A stretch of DNA of 45,931 bases from contig NC_069006.1 of the NCBI RefSeq assembly GCF_001194135.2, positions 1,237,668 to 1,283,598 on the forward strand. The letters are read 5' to 3'. A program made the translations under genes and the position numbers. Each line of letters starts with the position of its first letter. Position 1 is the stretch's first letter. Below, piece by piece: positions 22,281 through 35,195 of this stretch. This DNA comes from Octopus bimaculoides. Taxonomy: Eukaryota. The notes under the pieces were generated by a model. It had not been told where the DNA came from and did not search any database. It saw only the letters and a program-made list of their open reading frames with translations.

Positions 22281-22564
22281 TGTTCTTCTAAATAATTTGT
22301 TGATTTTACTAAAACGTTGATTTGGAGTGAAAGACTTCCCATCGATGCAATGACGGAGTGTCTTTCGGGTCGAGTTAGAAATGAACTTTTTTGTTTTGTT
22401 ATGGCTTTCTTGTTACTTCTTGTAATGTCGAAGATAACGAGACGCCATATTTGTATATTCATTTATTCTATCCTTCATTCAATCTCGTTCTTTATTCAAT
22501 TTCGTTCTATTGCTCGTTCATTATCTTAGTCTTAATCCCCCTGATAGAGTTGGCCTGTACGTAA

Positions 22565-22788
22565 GTAATATTATTATTATTATTATTATTATTATCATCA
22601 GTAGTAGTAGTGGTAGTAGTAGCAGTAGAGGTAGTTGTAGTAGTATTAGTGGTCGTAGTAATAGTAATGGTTGCAGTGGTAGTAGTAGTAGTAGAGGTAG
22701 TAGTAGTGGTAGTAGTGGTATAAAAGGTAGTAGTAGTAGTAGTAGTAGTGGTATAAAAGGTAGTAGTAGTAGTAGTGATGGTGGTGGT
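22565..22788. repeat. (ATT)n then degenerate (AGT)n/(GGT)n
   Basis: Read directly. Confidence 0.95.
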
Positions 22789-23172
22789 GTTGGCACTCCG
22801 TTGCTTACGACGTCGAGGGTTCCAGTTGATCCGATCAACGGAACAGCCTGCTCGTGAATTTAACGTGCAAATGGCTGAGTACTCCACAGACAGGTGTACC
22901 TTTAACGTAGTTCTCGGAGATATTCAGTGTGACACAGTGTGACAAGGCTTACCCTTTTGAATTACAGGCACAACAGAAACAGGAAGAAAGAGTGAGAGAA
23001 AGTTGTGGTGAAAGAGTATAGCAGGGTTCACCACCATCCCCTGCCGGAGCCTCGTGGAGCTTTAGGTGTTTTCGCTCAATAAACACTCACAACGCCCGGT
23101 ATGGGAATCGAAACCGCGATCCTATGACCGCGAGTCCGCTGCCCTAACCACTGGGCCATTGCGCTTACAACC
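22789..23172 (-). mobile_element. SINE family A, full length
   Basis: Complete head-to-tail match to 36801-37191; flanking direct repeat tggtggtggt (22779-22788 / 23173-23182). Confidence 0.95.
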
Positions 23173-23449
23173 TGGTGGTGGTACATACTAATACATCCGG
23201 ATCGGTGGTCAGTGTAGTAATCGACCAGGATTGGTGGCCTGCATCGACTTGGAGTGGTGGTCAGTATGTCCATCTATCCTCAAGGGCGGTCAGTGTAATC
23301 AATCAATGTGGCGTTGTTGTCAGCGTACCAGTAATAAGCTTAGGGTAATTACCTTTACCGAAATCTAATTAATTAAGCGTTATAATATTTTAAATTAATT
23401 GGTTTTATAATAGATTAGTACAAAATCATTACATATTGATTTTTATATG

Positions 23450-23552
23450 TAACCACAGACACACACACGTATACATATATGTACGTACACAAACACATAC
23501 AAGCATACATAGACACACACATGCACACAGATCCATACACACAAATATACAT

Positions 23553-23583
<31 letters not shown>

Positions 23584-23652
23584 TCCATACACACAAATAT
23601 ACATATACATACATACACACACACACACATCCATACACACAAATATACATAT

Positions 23653-23697
<45 letters not shown>

Positions 23698-24350
23698 CAC
23701 ATGAATATATACACATACATGCCTATCCACTTGTATTATACACAGATGTATAGATAATACATACATACATACATACATACATACCTGCATACGTACATAC
23801 CACATACACACACACATACATACATGCATTCATGCATACATATACACACCTACATACATGCATACATACATAGATACATACATACATACATGCATGCATA
23901 CACATACTTAAATAAGTACATAATTAAATCACATTCATTATTCTATACACATATATATACACGCACACAGAGAATTACACATATATACACACATAATACC
24001 TATACATGTGTGCACGTATATACACACACTTACACACAAGTACACACACACACTTTTACTATTTCACAGGCGTTTAGATAATTGTATTATGTCCACACGA
24101 CAAAGTCAATAAATTCTCTTCAACACACACACCACCACCGCCACCAATATTGCTATCACCCACCACCACCATTGTCACCAACACAAACACCATCACTACG
24201 ACTACTACAACCACTACCATCACCAACTCTATCCTCCCACCAACACCACGACTAACACTCTCGCCACTATGACCAATACCATGACTACTCCCACCACCAC
24301 CACTCTGACCACCACTGACCACCACCACTACCGCCACCGCCGCCATCACC
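23450..24350. repeat. (CA)n/(TACA)n tract with a 3x unit of about 55-60 bp, followed by a degenerate (CAC)n tract
   Basis: catccatacacacaaatatacatatacatacatac is repeated three times at about 23530-23670; low complexity. Confidence 0.9.
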
Positions 24351-24369
24351 GACTCTGATTGGATGAAAT

Positions 24370-24745
24370 GCTAAGTTGGCATCGGAGAAACTCAAAACGT
24401 AAAGAGCCGGAAGAGACGTTTCAAAGCATTTTAGTCCGGCATGATCCAAAATTTGCTACGTAATAAGAAAATTTCGTAGGGAGAGGCTCAGTCGAATACA
24501 TCGACTCCGGGACTCAGTAGATTGTTATTTCATTGACCCCGAAAGGATGAAGAGCAAAGTCGACCTCGGCGGCATTTGGACTCAGAACTTCAGAATTGGA
24601 AGAGATCTTGCTTAGCATTTTTGTCCAGTGTGGTCCAAATTGTGCTACAAGGTTAGAAATTTTGCGAGGAGAGGGTCGGTCGATCATCGACCCCAGTGCT
24701 CAACTGGTACCTATTTTATCGACCCCGAATGGATTAAAGCGCAGG
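24370..24745 (-). mobile_element. Family B SINE, two to three tandem partial copies
   Basis: Repeats of tcgacccc(c)gaaaggatgaa...gtcgacctcggcgg and gtacctattttatcgaccccgaa. Confidence 0.8.
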
Positions 24746-24858
24746 TACACGTACACAAATACTCGAAAACACTTTACGGACGTCTCTAACGATCCAGACA
24801 GTTCGCCAAAAGGCTTACTATATATATTTACAAGAACGTGATTGTGAGAAGGTTTGAT

Positions 24859-24938
24859 GGTTTATCAGTGTAACAGTTTAACGGTGTAAGGGTTTAACAG
24901 TGCAATGGTTTAACGGTGCAATAGTTTGATGGTGTCAG
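24859..24938. repeat. 16-bp minisatellite x5 (RGTTTAACRGTGYAAT-like)
   Basis: Units at 24859, 24875, 24891, 24907 and 24923. Confidence 0.8.
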
Positions 24939-25415
24939 ATTTAATGTTGTAATAGCGTGTCGATGTGATTGCATAATGGCGTGATTTGTAGAATGGTGTG
25001 ATTGATAAGATTGATGGGATAATAGCGTTGTTGTATGATGGCGTCGTTTTGTCACGTGATGCTGATGTTGGGCATGTGCATGCTGGTGTTGTTGTTGTTG
25101 TTGGTGGTGGTGGTTGTGGTCTTAGTTTAACGGTGTGACGTGGTGTGGGGATTTGGTGGCAAGTTGGTGTAATGGGATTATGGCGTAATGGAGCGATAAC
25201 GTGATTAGTGGATGGCAGCTATAGTAGTAGTAGTAGTAGTAGTAGCAGTTGTCGTTTGTTGTTGTTTTTGAAGTTGTAGTAGTAGCAGCCACAGCAACAA
25301 CAGCAGCAGTAGTAGTAGTAGTAGTACTAATATTAAAAGCAGCGACAACAGTAAAATTGGTTGTAGTACCAGCAACAGTACAGTTACTTTCAAAAGCATC
25401 CGAGTAGTAGTAGTG

Positions 25416-25447
<32 letters not shown>

Positions 25448-25480
25448 CGACTAGGCATCAGCTGTAGCAGTGTTATTATA

Positions 25481-25672
25481 GTCAGAAGCGTTTCGTCCGG
25501 CTTGACGTGGTGAGTTCGAAATCCGCTGAGATCGATATTGCCTTTCATCGTTTCGTGGTGGATAACATAAGTACCGGTTGTGTACTGGTGGCGGGGTGGG
25601 GTGAGAGGAGGGCGATGTAATCGAATTAGCCCTTCTCCCGAAATTACTGGCCTTGTGCCAAAATTTGAAACC
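25481..25672 (+). mobile_element. Family B SINE, plus-strand diverged copy
   Basis: gagttcgaaatccgctgagatcgatattgcctttcatcgtttcgtggtggataacataagtacc...ggccttgtgccaaaatttgaaacc. Confidence 0.8.
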
Positions 25673-25704
25673 ACCACCACCACTACCGCTATTATTATTG
25701 AGTA

Positions 25705-26095
25705 AGTGAGCAGCGCATGCCATCAAAGTAACACTGGGGTACAAATATACGAAGCTCCTTATACCCATCAGGACAGCCCGTCTGATAAGGGTACACCAGG
25801 CACATGCATCACAACCATATGTGCGTGACATGGTGCTCTCATACCAAGGTAAAGACCACATGAACTTGCAGGAGGGGCCCAGTTAAAGTTTTCTTCAGGT
25901 CGAGTATCCTATCCTGCTCAAAAGGTCGCTGAATAAGGTTTGTTTAAGGATGTTGAACAAAACACCCGTCTTTCCAGAGGTGAATTATCCAAACCCCAAA
26001 GAATTGCTCTCAGCACATGGCTATGATGCTCCCCTAATACCTCTGGTCGTGATCAGAGATGCACATATCGTCAGCCACAAAGGGACATGTTCGAT
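25705..26095. mobile_element. Unclassified interspersed repeat (tentative)
   Basis: High-complexity island between microsatellites with no coding signal. It resembles an octopus interspersed repeat from recall only; single copy here. Confidence 0.3.
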
Positions 26096-26187
26096 TGGTC
26101 AGGGAAAGAGAGGGGGAGAAAGAGAGAGAGAGATGGAGAAAGGGAGAGACACAGAGAGAGAAGGAGAGAAACAAGGAGAGATAGGAG

Positions 26188-26242
<55 letters not shown>

Positions 26243-26747
26243 CAGAGGCAGAGAGAAAAATTAAACGGTGAGAGAGTGATAGACCAAGTTATCCAATGAA
26301 AGGGGAGGGAGAGGAGGAGAGAGAAGGGGAGAAAGAACAAGAAGATAAAGACTATAACAAAAGAACAGTGGGGCTGGGGTGGGTAAGACTGAGGAAGATT
26401 ATCATTGCTNNNNNNNNNNNNNNNNNNNNNNNNNNNNNNNNNNNNNNNNNNNNNNNNNNNNNNNNNNNNNNNNNNNNNNNNNNNNNNNNNNNNNNNNNNN
26501 NNNNNNNNNNNNNNNNNNNNNNNNNNNNNNNNNNNNNNNNNNNNNNNNNNNNNNNNNNTATATATAGGCTTATATACATATGAATGCATACACACACACA
26601 TATATATTTACACACACACATATTATGTGTTTGTGTGTGTATATTTGTGTCTATAGATGTATATGTGTGTCAGTGAATGAAAAGAATTTGGTAAAAACAC
26701 GCATAAATGTAAAAAGAAAATTGACACGAAAAAAAATACCCACCAAA

Positions 26748-26782
<35 letters not shown>

Positions 26783-27039
26783 AAAATACAACAAAGAAAT
26801 AAGAATGCAGAAAGTTTCGACGAAACAAGCGAAAAACAAAAGTAAAAGAAAAATGCACATAAATTATGTCATAAAATCAATAAAATAAAAAACGCAAAAC
26901 TAAATATATAACAAAAATGAGGAGAAAGAAAGAGAGAGAAAGAGAGATATTGATAAAATAAACATAAGACTACATCAATATAAATTTTTAATTATTTAAC
27001 TGAGTAAATTAACTAATTAATTCAGCAATAATTAACAGG

Positions 27040-27073
<34 letters not shown>

Positions 27074-27257
27074 GTTATTATTATCTCTACAACGGAAAAC
27101 AAGTGAAGTTGGGTTGTGTGTGTAATGGCAGAAACGACGGGGTTGGGTTTTCGTAGACTTTTGGGACGAAACGATATCTGTTGGCAATAGATTCCCTAAA
27201 AAAGTATTCTATACACACACAAACACACACACACACACAAACACACACATATATATA

Positions 27258-27331
27258 TTTGATTCAAATTCAAATTGGCTGACGACTCGCATCACGATTG
27301 AATCTCCACTTACCAACGAATTTGAATCAAA
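27258..27331. repeat. Perfect 14-bp inverted repeat with 46-bp spacer
   Basis: tttgattcaaattc (27258-27271) / gaatttgaatcaaa (27318-27331). Confidence 0.9.
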
Positions 27332-27391
27332 CTGTTTTTATCCATACATGTAACTCTCAATAAATTGGTTTAGTGTCCTTCTTTCGTTTGT

Positions 27392-27451
<60 letters not shown>

Positions 27452-28266
27452 NNNNNNNNNNNNNNNNNNNNNNNNNNNNNNNNNNNNNNNNNNNNNNNNN
27501 NNNNNNNNNNNNNNNNNNNNNNNNNNNNNNNNNNNNNNNNNNNNNNNNNNNNNNNNNNNNNNNNNNNNNNNNNNNNNNNNNNNNNNNNNNNNNNNNNNNN
27601 NNNNNNNNNNNNNNNNNNNNNNNNNNNNNNNNNNNNNNNNNNNNNNNNNNNNNNNNNNNNNNNNNNNNNNNNNNNNNNNNNNNNNNNNNNNNNNNNNNNN
27701 NNNNNNNNNNNNNNNNNNNNNNNNNNNNNNNNNNNNNNNNNNNNNNNNNNNNNNNNNNNNNNNNNNNNNNNNNNNNNNNNNNNNNNNNNNNNNNNNNNNN
27801 NNNNNNNNNNNNNNNNNNNNNNNNNNNNNNNNNNNNNNNNNNNNNNNNNNNNNNNNNNNNNNNNNNNNNNNNNNNNNNNNNNNNNNNNNNNNNNNNNNNN
27901 NNNNNNNNNNNNNNNNNNNNNNNNNNNNNNNNNNNNNNNNNNNNNNNNNNNNNNNNNNNNNNNNNNNNNNNNNNNNNNNNNNNNNNNNNNNNNNNNNNNN
28001 NNNNNNNNNNNNNNNNNNNNNNNNNNNNNNNNNNNNNNNNNNNNNNNNNNNNNNNNNNNNNNNNNNNNNNNNNNNNNNNNNNNNNNNNNNNNNNNNNNNN
28101 NNNNNNNNNNNNNNNNNNNNNNNNNNNNNNNNNNNNNNNNNNNNNNNNNNNNNNAAATAGACTAAACCCCTCTCATAAAAATTTCCGGCCATATTGCCTA
28201 TTGGGGAAAAGAATGATTTACAACTAATGTCGTAAAAGACGTAAGCAAAAACGACATATTTTGATG

Positions 28267-28318
28267 TTGGACTGATCAATAAGTATCCGGACTACTACCA
28301 TAGTAATGAAGCTAAGAG
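28267..28318 (+). mobile_element. Mariner left-end fragment (third copy)
   Basis: ggactgatcaataagtatccggactactaccatagtaatgaagctaa matches 12487-12535. Confidence 0.75.
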
Positions 28319-28321
28319 CTA

Positions 28322-28409
28322 AACCGTTAGATTACGGGGACGTAAACACGCCAACATCAGTTGCCAAGCGATCGTGGCGGTGGTTGGGGACAAACACAGA
28401 CGCACAAAT

Positions 28410-28415
<6 letters not shown>
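28322..28415 (-). mobile_element. SINE family C, internal fragment
   Basis: gttagattacggggacgtaaacac...aagcgat...ggggacaaacacagacgcacaaatac is the reverse complement of the family C mid-section. Confidence 0.7.
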
Positions 28416-28451
<36 letters not shown>

Positions 28452-28844
28452 GACTTCACTAAATCGCAAAATCCAATTTGCATAAATATCCTTATATTAT
28501 GCTGGTAGCAGTGATCAATTATTGACGAGATAATGAAATAATTAACGTCTGCTCATTAAATTTTCATGAGTTAAACTATTGTAGTAATGTAAAAATGTAA
28601 GCTGCTCATGCAATCACTAACACGAGACGAAACCCCTCACTTATACATGCACACACCATACATACACACACATAAACATATACAAACCTATAAATGTATA
28701 TATATATATACATATATATATATACACATATACATATATATATNNNNNNNNNNNNNNNNNNNNNNNNNNNNNNNNNNNNNNNNNNNNNNNNNNNNNNNNN
28801 NNNNNNNNNNNNNNNNNNNNNNNNNNNNNNNNNNNNNNNNNNNA

Positions 28845-30812
28845 TCGGAAGATTGGAGGATTCCAAGTGCTAACCTATCATGGAAAATTGGGGTTGAAGG
28901 TATGTAATTTTCTAACCCACCGAAAAGCTCAGTGGAATACTCTACTTTGAGGCAGTCAGCGCTACATCTAACACGACCCGTCGTATGGTTGACAGTCACA
29001 AGAATGGAGGTGTAATGGACATATTCTAGGCAAATGGGTACATTCTAGAAATGGGTTGCAATGGGAGACGGTAAGGAGCTGGTAGTGCTTGCAATCTTAC
29101 CTTACCGCCCGAGCAGCACATGCCATTAGTTTCATTTGGAAATTTGAAAGCTTTGCAGAAACGACAATTTGAGTGTAGCACACCATTTTGTACAGAATTA
29201 TCATTTTTTATAGGAATAGGATGGATCATATCTGAAAGCAGCTCCTGGTGTTGCGAAGAGCGAATTTGCATGTGATCTATTTCTGAGAGCTATTGTATTG
29301 GACCTCCGTCTAATCTGGCGTTTTAAACGTTGTTCTAATGATTCAGCATTAAGTATTACAGCATGCCTTAGCTGATATTAGGAAAATCTCATCTCCCTTC
29401 TCTCTTGAGACTGACGTGCTGCGGCATGCATCTGCTGACCTTGAGAAAGCCTCGTCTCCTTTCTCTGTGGAGACACTCGCCTTTGTTTTCTGTAATCGAG
29501 CTGGCTTTATACGTGTTTCTGGAGGGATTACATCTTTTCTTTGGTGGCATATTTTTTCAATATTGTAAACAAAAAATTATGAACATAGAAAAAATATACA
29601 TTAATCTCTATTTTTGTAAGCAATAGTAAATATATATTATGTCCGTATTTTTGTATGCTGTGTAAATTTATGAAATATAAGCAAATGAACGAAATAGCGC
29701 ATGTATAGAACTGCTAGTTTAACGGTAAATGCCACAATAATTATTACAGAAAGACAAAGAATTTTATGTCTTACCTTGCAACTTCTGCGATAATTATCAT
29801 CCGGTGGTAATTTATCCCTAAATATGTATTGTTTTAAAGGAAATGAATATAAAATGTTGTATTGACATTGGCCAACTCACACTTCACGCACGTCAGTCGT
29901 CCACAAAGTATATAGAACTAGCAACACACAACAAGGAGAAAGAGACAAAAAAAAAATAACACGTGTCAAAAAATTTTTTTCTCTAAAAACGTTCAATGAC
30001 GTTAACTGGAGTGTGGGGTTCGAATAGAAGTCATTCCACCTTTTGATTTATCATTACCATTCTTTTCGTTCGATTTTATTTTTCCTCCAGTTTTGTGTTT
30101 TTTTCTGTCCTTGTGTTGTTCCCTCTGTTTCGACCCTGTGTGGTTAATAAAAAAATTAAGTCGTCAGGTATGTATATGTATGTGTAGATGTGTATGCGTG
30201 TGTATGTGTGTGTGTGTTTAATAACGTACCGTATATAGTATGTCTGTAATTTTGTATGCAGTATAAATTAAGGAAATAGAAGCACTTGTGCAGAGAGACA
30301 AAGAATTTTATATTTTACCTGCCGACCTTGCAACTGCTTCGATAATTATTAATCGGTAATGGAATAGTAAATGTGTATTGTTTTAAAGGAAATGAAAATA
30401 AAATTTCGTATTGACACTTCACGCATGTCAGTCGTCAGGTATGTATGCGTAGATCTGTGAGTGTTTAATAACGTACCGTGATAATATGTCTGTATTTTCG
30501 TATGCAGTGTAAATTAACCCCCACAAAAATTACAGTATCGAAATGTGATTGTCTCAGTTTTGATACTGAAATAGTGGAAAAGTTTCATTTTTAAAGTGAA
30601 AGTATTTGACATGAGTGTTTTTGTTTCACTTTTGACACGTAATACTTAAATAGTGGAGGAGATATTATGTTGCCGTGGGCTCGAAGTTAAAAATTCTTTT
30701 TGACTAAAACACAACCGGGACCCTAAGCAAGGCATGTATAAAATTTGAATGAAATTGGTTGTGTAGTTCTGGAGTTTTAGGGATTCACACAGACACACAG
30801 ACATACATTCTC

Positions 30813-30830
<18 letters not shown>
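28845..30830 (-). mobile_element. Helitron 5' portion: terminus, repetitive leader and decayed Rep/helicase N-terminus
   Basis: From ATG 29550: MPPKKR...GAAFRYDPSYSY / frameshift / KNDNSVQNG...CRFCKAFKFPNETNGMCCSGGKVRL, the Helitron AFxYDP...CxxCxAxKxxxExxGxCCxxGKV zinc-finger motif. 30700-30830 looks like a Helitron-type 5' end merged with (TA)n. Cut by a gap at 28843. Confidence 0.8.
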
Positions 30831-30859
<29 letters not shown>

Positions 30860-30904
30860 CATACATACATAGGCACACACATTTTTATCTTCAATTTTTC
30901 ATGC

Positions 30905-30990
30905 GTCACCTGTAACAGTCATTAGACTGTGGCCCTGCTCATGCTGTGGCAGGCTTTGGTGGGTTTAGGGGACCAAATTGACCTCAATAC
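30905..30990 (-). mobile_element. SINE family C, diverged 3' end
   Basis: cagtcattagactgtggccctgct...gaccaaattgacctcaatac. Confidence 0.5.
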
Positions 30991-31109
30991 TCTTTTTTTT
31001 TTTTTTTGCTAATTTGCAAGAATTTCTCTTATAATTACTCAACTTAATTCTATCCCTCATTTGCACACTGGCGTTCTTGTTAACATTGGATCGTCTCAGT
31101 TATGTAACC

Positions 31110-31325
31110 TCACATAGACAGTACTTTCTGCAGAACATTTGCGGTTCCTCAAAGTGTTGTCTTTTGAAACGTAATTCTGCGATAGATTCCAATTACACCA
31201 AAGAATTCCCAAAGTTCCTTCGTCACCGACCAAAAGGCTCCACTCACAGATTGGAATTAATCTCCCTTCCATATTGCACGTTCTCTCGACATCCATTCTA
31301 AAGTCTACATGTTGCACAGTATTTT
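31110..31325 (-). mobile_element. R4/Dong-like non-LTR retrotransposon, RLE endonuclease C-terminal remnant
   Basis: Across one frameshift: DFRMDVERTCNMEGRLIPI / VSGAFWSVTKELWEFFGVIG...FQKTTL*GTANVLQKVLSM*, matching DLxxExxRxW...PIVxGALG...QKxxLLGTAxILRKVL. Confidence 0.6.
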
Positions 31326-31489
31326 CAGGTCTCTCTTCTTCCTCTTCTTCTTCATCATCATCATCTTCTTCTTCATCATCGTCGTCATCTTCTTTTCTCC
31401 ACTATTTTCTTCCTGTTTTTACAACATCGACGTCAAGAAGAAAACGAAGAACTACTACTACTACTACCCCACCACCACCACCACTGCTT

Positions 31490-31522
<33 letters not shown>

Positions 31523-31525
31523 TCA

Positions 31526-31560
<35 letters not shown>

Positions 31561-31730
31561 CCCCCTACTACTACTACAATAATTATTGATACTATTCTTA
31601 AAGTAGTTGCAGTTCTGTTGTTGTTGGCGGCGGTAGTGGTTCTGCCGCTGGCTCTTCTCGTACACCTATTGACGGTGCTGCTGTTGGTGCTGCCGGCCCT
31701 GCTGCCGCTGCTGCTGGTGACATTGATGAT
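31325..31730. repeat. Compound trinucleotide repeats (TCT/TCA, CTA, CCA, CTG)
   Basis: Read directly. Confidence 0.95.
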
Positions 31731-32250
31731 GTAGACACAGATCAATATGTTGTTCTGATATAAGAGAAACGAAGCCATATCCAACAGGATTAGTCACGTG
31801 CTGAAATNNNNNNNNNNNNNNNNNNNNNNNNNNNNNNNNNNNNNNNNNNNNNNNNNNNNNNNNNNNNNNNNNNNNNNNNNNNNNNNNNNNNNNNNNNNNN
31901 NNNNNNNNNNNNNNNNNNNNNNNNNNNNNNNNNNNNNNNNNNNNNNNNNNNNNNNNNNNNNNNNNNNNNNNNNNNNNNNNNNNNNNNNNNNNNNNNNNNN
32001 NNNNNNNNNNNNNNNNNNNNNNNNNNNNNNNNNNNNNNNNNNNNNNNNNNNNNNNNNNNNNNNNNNNNNNNNNNNNNNNNNNNNNNNNNNNNNNNNNNNN
32101 NNNNNNNNNNNNNNNNNNNNNNNNNNNNNNNNNNNNNNNNNNNNNNNNNNNNNNNNNNNNNNNNNNNNNNNNNNNNNNNNNNNNNNNNNNNNNNNNNNNN
32201 NNNNNNNNNNNNNNNNNNNNNNNNNNNNNNNNNNNNNNNNNNNNNNNNNN

Positions 32251-32302
<52 letters not shown>

Positions 32303-32711
32303 TATGTAGGTAGATAGATAGATAGATAGATATGCAGACGTATACATACATACAGACAAACGGCTACATACACATATATATTTATATTCATTTATTTATA
32401 CAGTGATAGATGTGTATATAAGTATCTAAAATATACATACATACTTATATACATACATATATATGTGTGTGGGTGCAAGTATATGTATATATACATATAT
32501 ATATATAAATGTATATGTATATATAAATATATATACACAAACACATATGCATGTATATATATATATACATGCATATAAATATATAGATATACACACTATA
32601 CACAGGTGTAGGTTGAACGCATATAGATACTCATGTAGTTGGTGTTTAAATTGCAGCGCCCGAAGTAGGCAACACATTTACATATAACAATACACACACA
32701 CAGACAAACAC

Positions 32712-32753
<42 letters not shown>

Positions 32754-33045
32754 ATAAACACACAAATACCCTTGTGCATGTGTACAGCAGGGAGTGTGTG
32801 GCAGAGTGCTGGGAAAGTGCGTGCGTAGTTGAGAATGCAAATGTGTGTATGTGTGTGTATGTGTAAAAAAAAGTTGTGTGTGTAAATCTCAAATATAGCA
32901 ACAAAAATTATAAATAAGATACACCTGTGTGTGTGTATATATACACACGCAGACTCTCACGCACGCATCTATACATAGAAACACACACACACACGTATAT
33001 ATGTGTTCTTGTAGATATAGAGAGAATCATACATATATGTATATG

Positions 33046-33101
<56 letters not shown>

Positions 33102-33674
33102 NNNNNNNNNNNNNNNNNNNNNNNNNNNNNNNNNNNNNNNNNNNNNNNNNNNNNNNNNNNNNNNNNNNNNNNNNNNNNNNNNNNNNNNNNNNNNNNNNNN
33201 NNNNNNNNNNNNNNNNNNNNNNNNNNNNNNNNNNNNNNNNNNNNNNNNNNNNNNNNNNNNNNNNNNNNNNNNNNNNNNNNNNNNNNNNNNNNNNNNNNNN
33301 NNNNNNNNNNNNNNNNNNNNNNNNNNNNNNNNNNNNNNNNNNNNNNNNNNNNNNNNNNNNNNNNNNNNNNNNNNNNNNNNNNNNNNNNNNNNNNNNNNNN
33401 NNNNNNNNNNNNNNNNNNNNNNNNNNNNNNNNNNNNNNNNNNNNNNNNNNNNNNNNNNNNNNNNNNNNNNNNNNNNNNNNNNNNNNNNNNNNNNNNNNNN
33501 NNNNNNNNNNNNNNNNNNNNNNNNNNNNNNNNNNNNNNNNNNNNNNNNNNNNNNNNNNNNNNNNNNNNNNNNATAACGATAACTGCAAATATAGCAGCAA
33601 CGGTAACAACTCATATTTTAATGACTCGAGAAACGGATACATTTTTGCTGTGTATTATTGAAAAAAAGTAAATG

Positions 33675-33707
<33 letters not shown>

Positions 33708-33709
<2 letters not shown>

Positions 33710-34066
33710 CCGTGTGGTAAGCAGCTTGCTTACCAACCACGTGGTTCCGGGTTCAGTCCCACTGCGTGGCAGCTTGGACAAGTATCTTCTGCTATAGTCG
33801 CGGGCCGACCAAAACCTTGTGAGTGGATTTGGTAGACGGAAATTGAAAGAAGCCCGTCGTATATATGTGTATGTATATACGTGTGTGTGTTTGTGTGTCT
33901 GTTTGTCCCCCTAACATCACTTGACAACCGTAACTTAGCTGCTCGGCAAAAGAGACCGATAGAGTAAGTACTAGGTTTACAAAGAATAAGTCCTGGTGTC
34001 CATTTCCTAAACTAAAGGCGGTGCTCCAGCATGGACGCAGTCAAATGACTGAAACAAGTAAAAGAG
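33708..34066 (+). mobile_element. SINE family C, essentially full length, with internal (TA/TG)n spacer
   Basis: Head gtgtggtaag...GGTTCAGTCCC (box B-like), CORE-like cttggacaagtatctt, internal microsatellite, tail gaaacaagtaaaagag. Confidence 0.9.
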
Positions 34067-34279
34067 TATATATATATATAAACAATATATATATTTATCT
34101 ATTATATTTTATTTACATCACATATACGTATGTATGTATTTACATACATATGTATTTCTCCACACATGCACACACAGATAAATATATATATATATTCATA
34201 TCTATGTATGCATATACATGTGTATATATATATGTATACACACACATATACGTATATATGTATGTATATATATGTGTGT

Positions 34280-34321
<42 letters not shown>

Positions 34322-34752
34322 TTATTTATTTATTTACATACATATATACATACATATATGTATATAATGTGTATAGATATATGTATATCTATCTCTCTGT
34401 CTGTCTATTTGTCTGTCTGACTGTTTAGTGAATGTATATGGATATGTGTACCGTGGGGAAAAGTGGATATCTGACGTTTCTTTGCTGAACCTTGGTCTGC
34501 TGGGGAATCCGTGGAATGAAACTAATCTGGCTGACTAATCTATATTTTTAGCATCGTTGACCACTAACTCTGATTGGTTTACGGGCACTCACCCCGCACC
34601 CGCCGACTGCACGTATAGTCACACTTTGACACACATACATGTACGCGCATATGCTCTCATACGCACACATTCACAAAGACACACACGTGCAGACTCAAAC
34701 ACAGTAAAACACACATTGAAACACACTCACACACACACACACACGCTTATAG

Positions 34753-34801
<49 letters not shown>

Positions 34802-34805
34802 ATAA

Positions 34806-35155
34806 GTGGAAGCGCAATAGCCCAGTGGTTCGGGCAGCGGATTCGCATTTGTAGGATCATGGTTTCGATTCCAAGACCGAGCGTTGTGAGTGTTTATTGA
34901 GCGAAAACACCTAAAGCTCCACGAGGCTCCGGCAGGGGATGGCGCCGAACCCTGCTGTACTCTCTCACGACAAAGTCCTCTTACTCTTTCTTCCTGTTTC
35001 TGTTGTATCTCTGTTACAAAGTGTCAGCCTTGTCACACTGAATCTTCCCGAAATTACGTTAAGGGTACACGTGTCTGTGGAGTGCTCAGCCACTTGCACG
35101 TTAATTTCACGAGCAGGCTGTTCCGTTGATCGGATCAACTGGAACCCTCGTAGTC

Positions 35156-35157
<2 letters not shown>
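34806..35157 (+). mobile_element. SINE family A, 3' end lost in (TA)n
   Basis: Aligns to 36805-37167. Confidence 0.9.
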
Positions 35158-35195
<38 letters not shown>

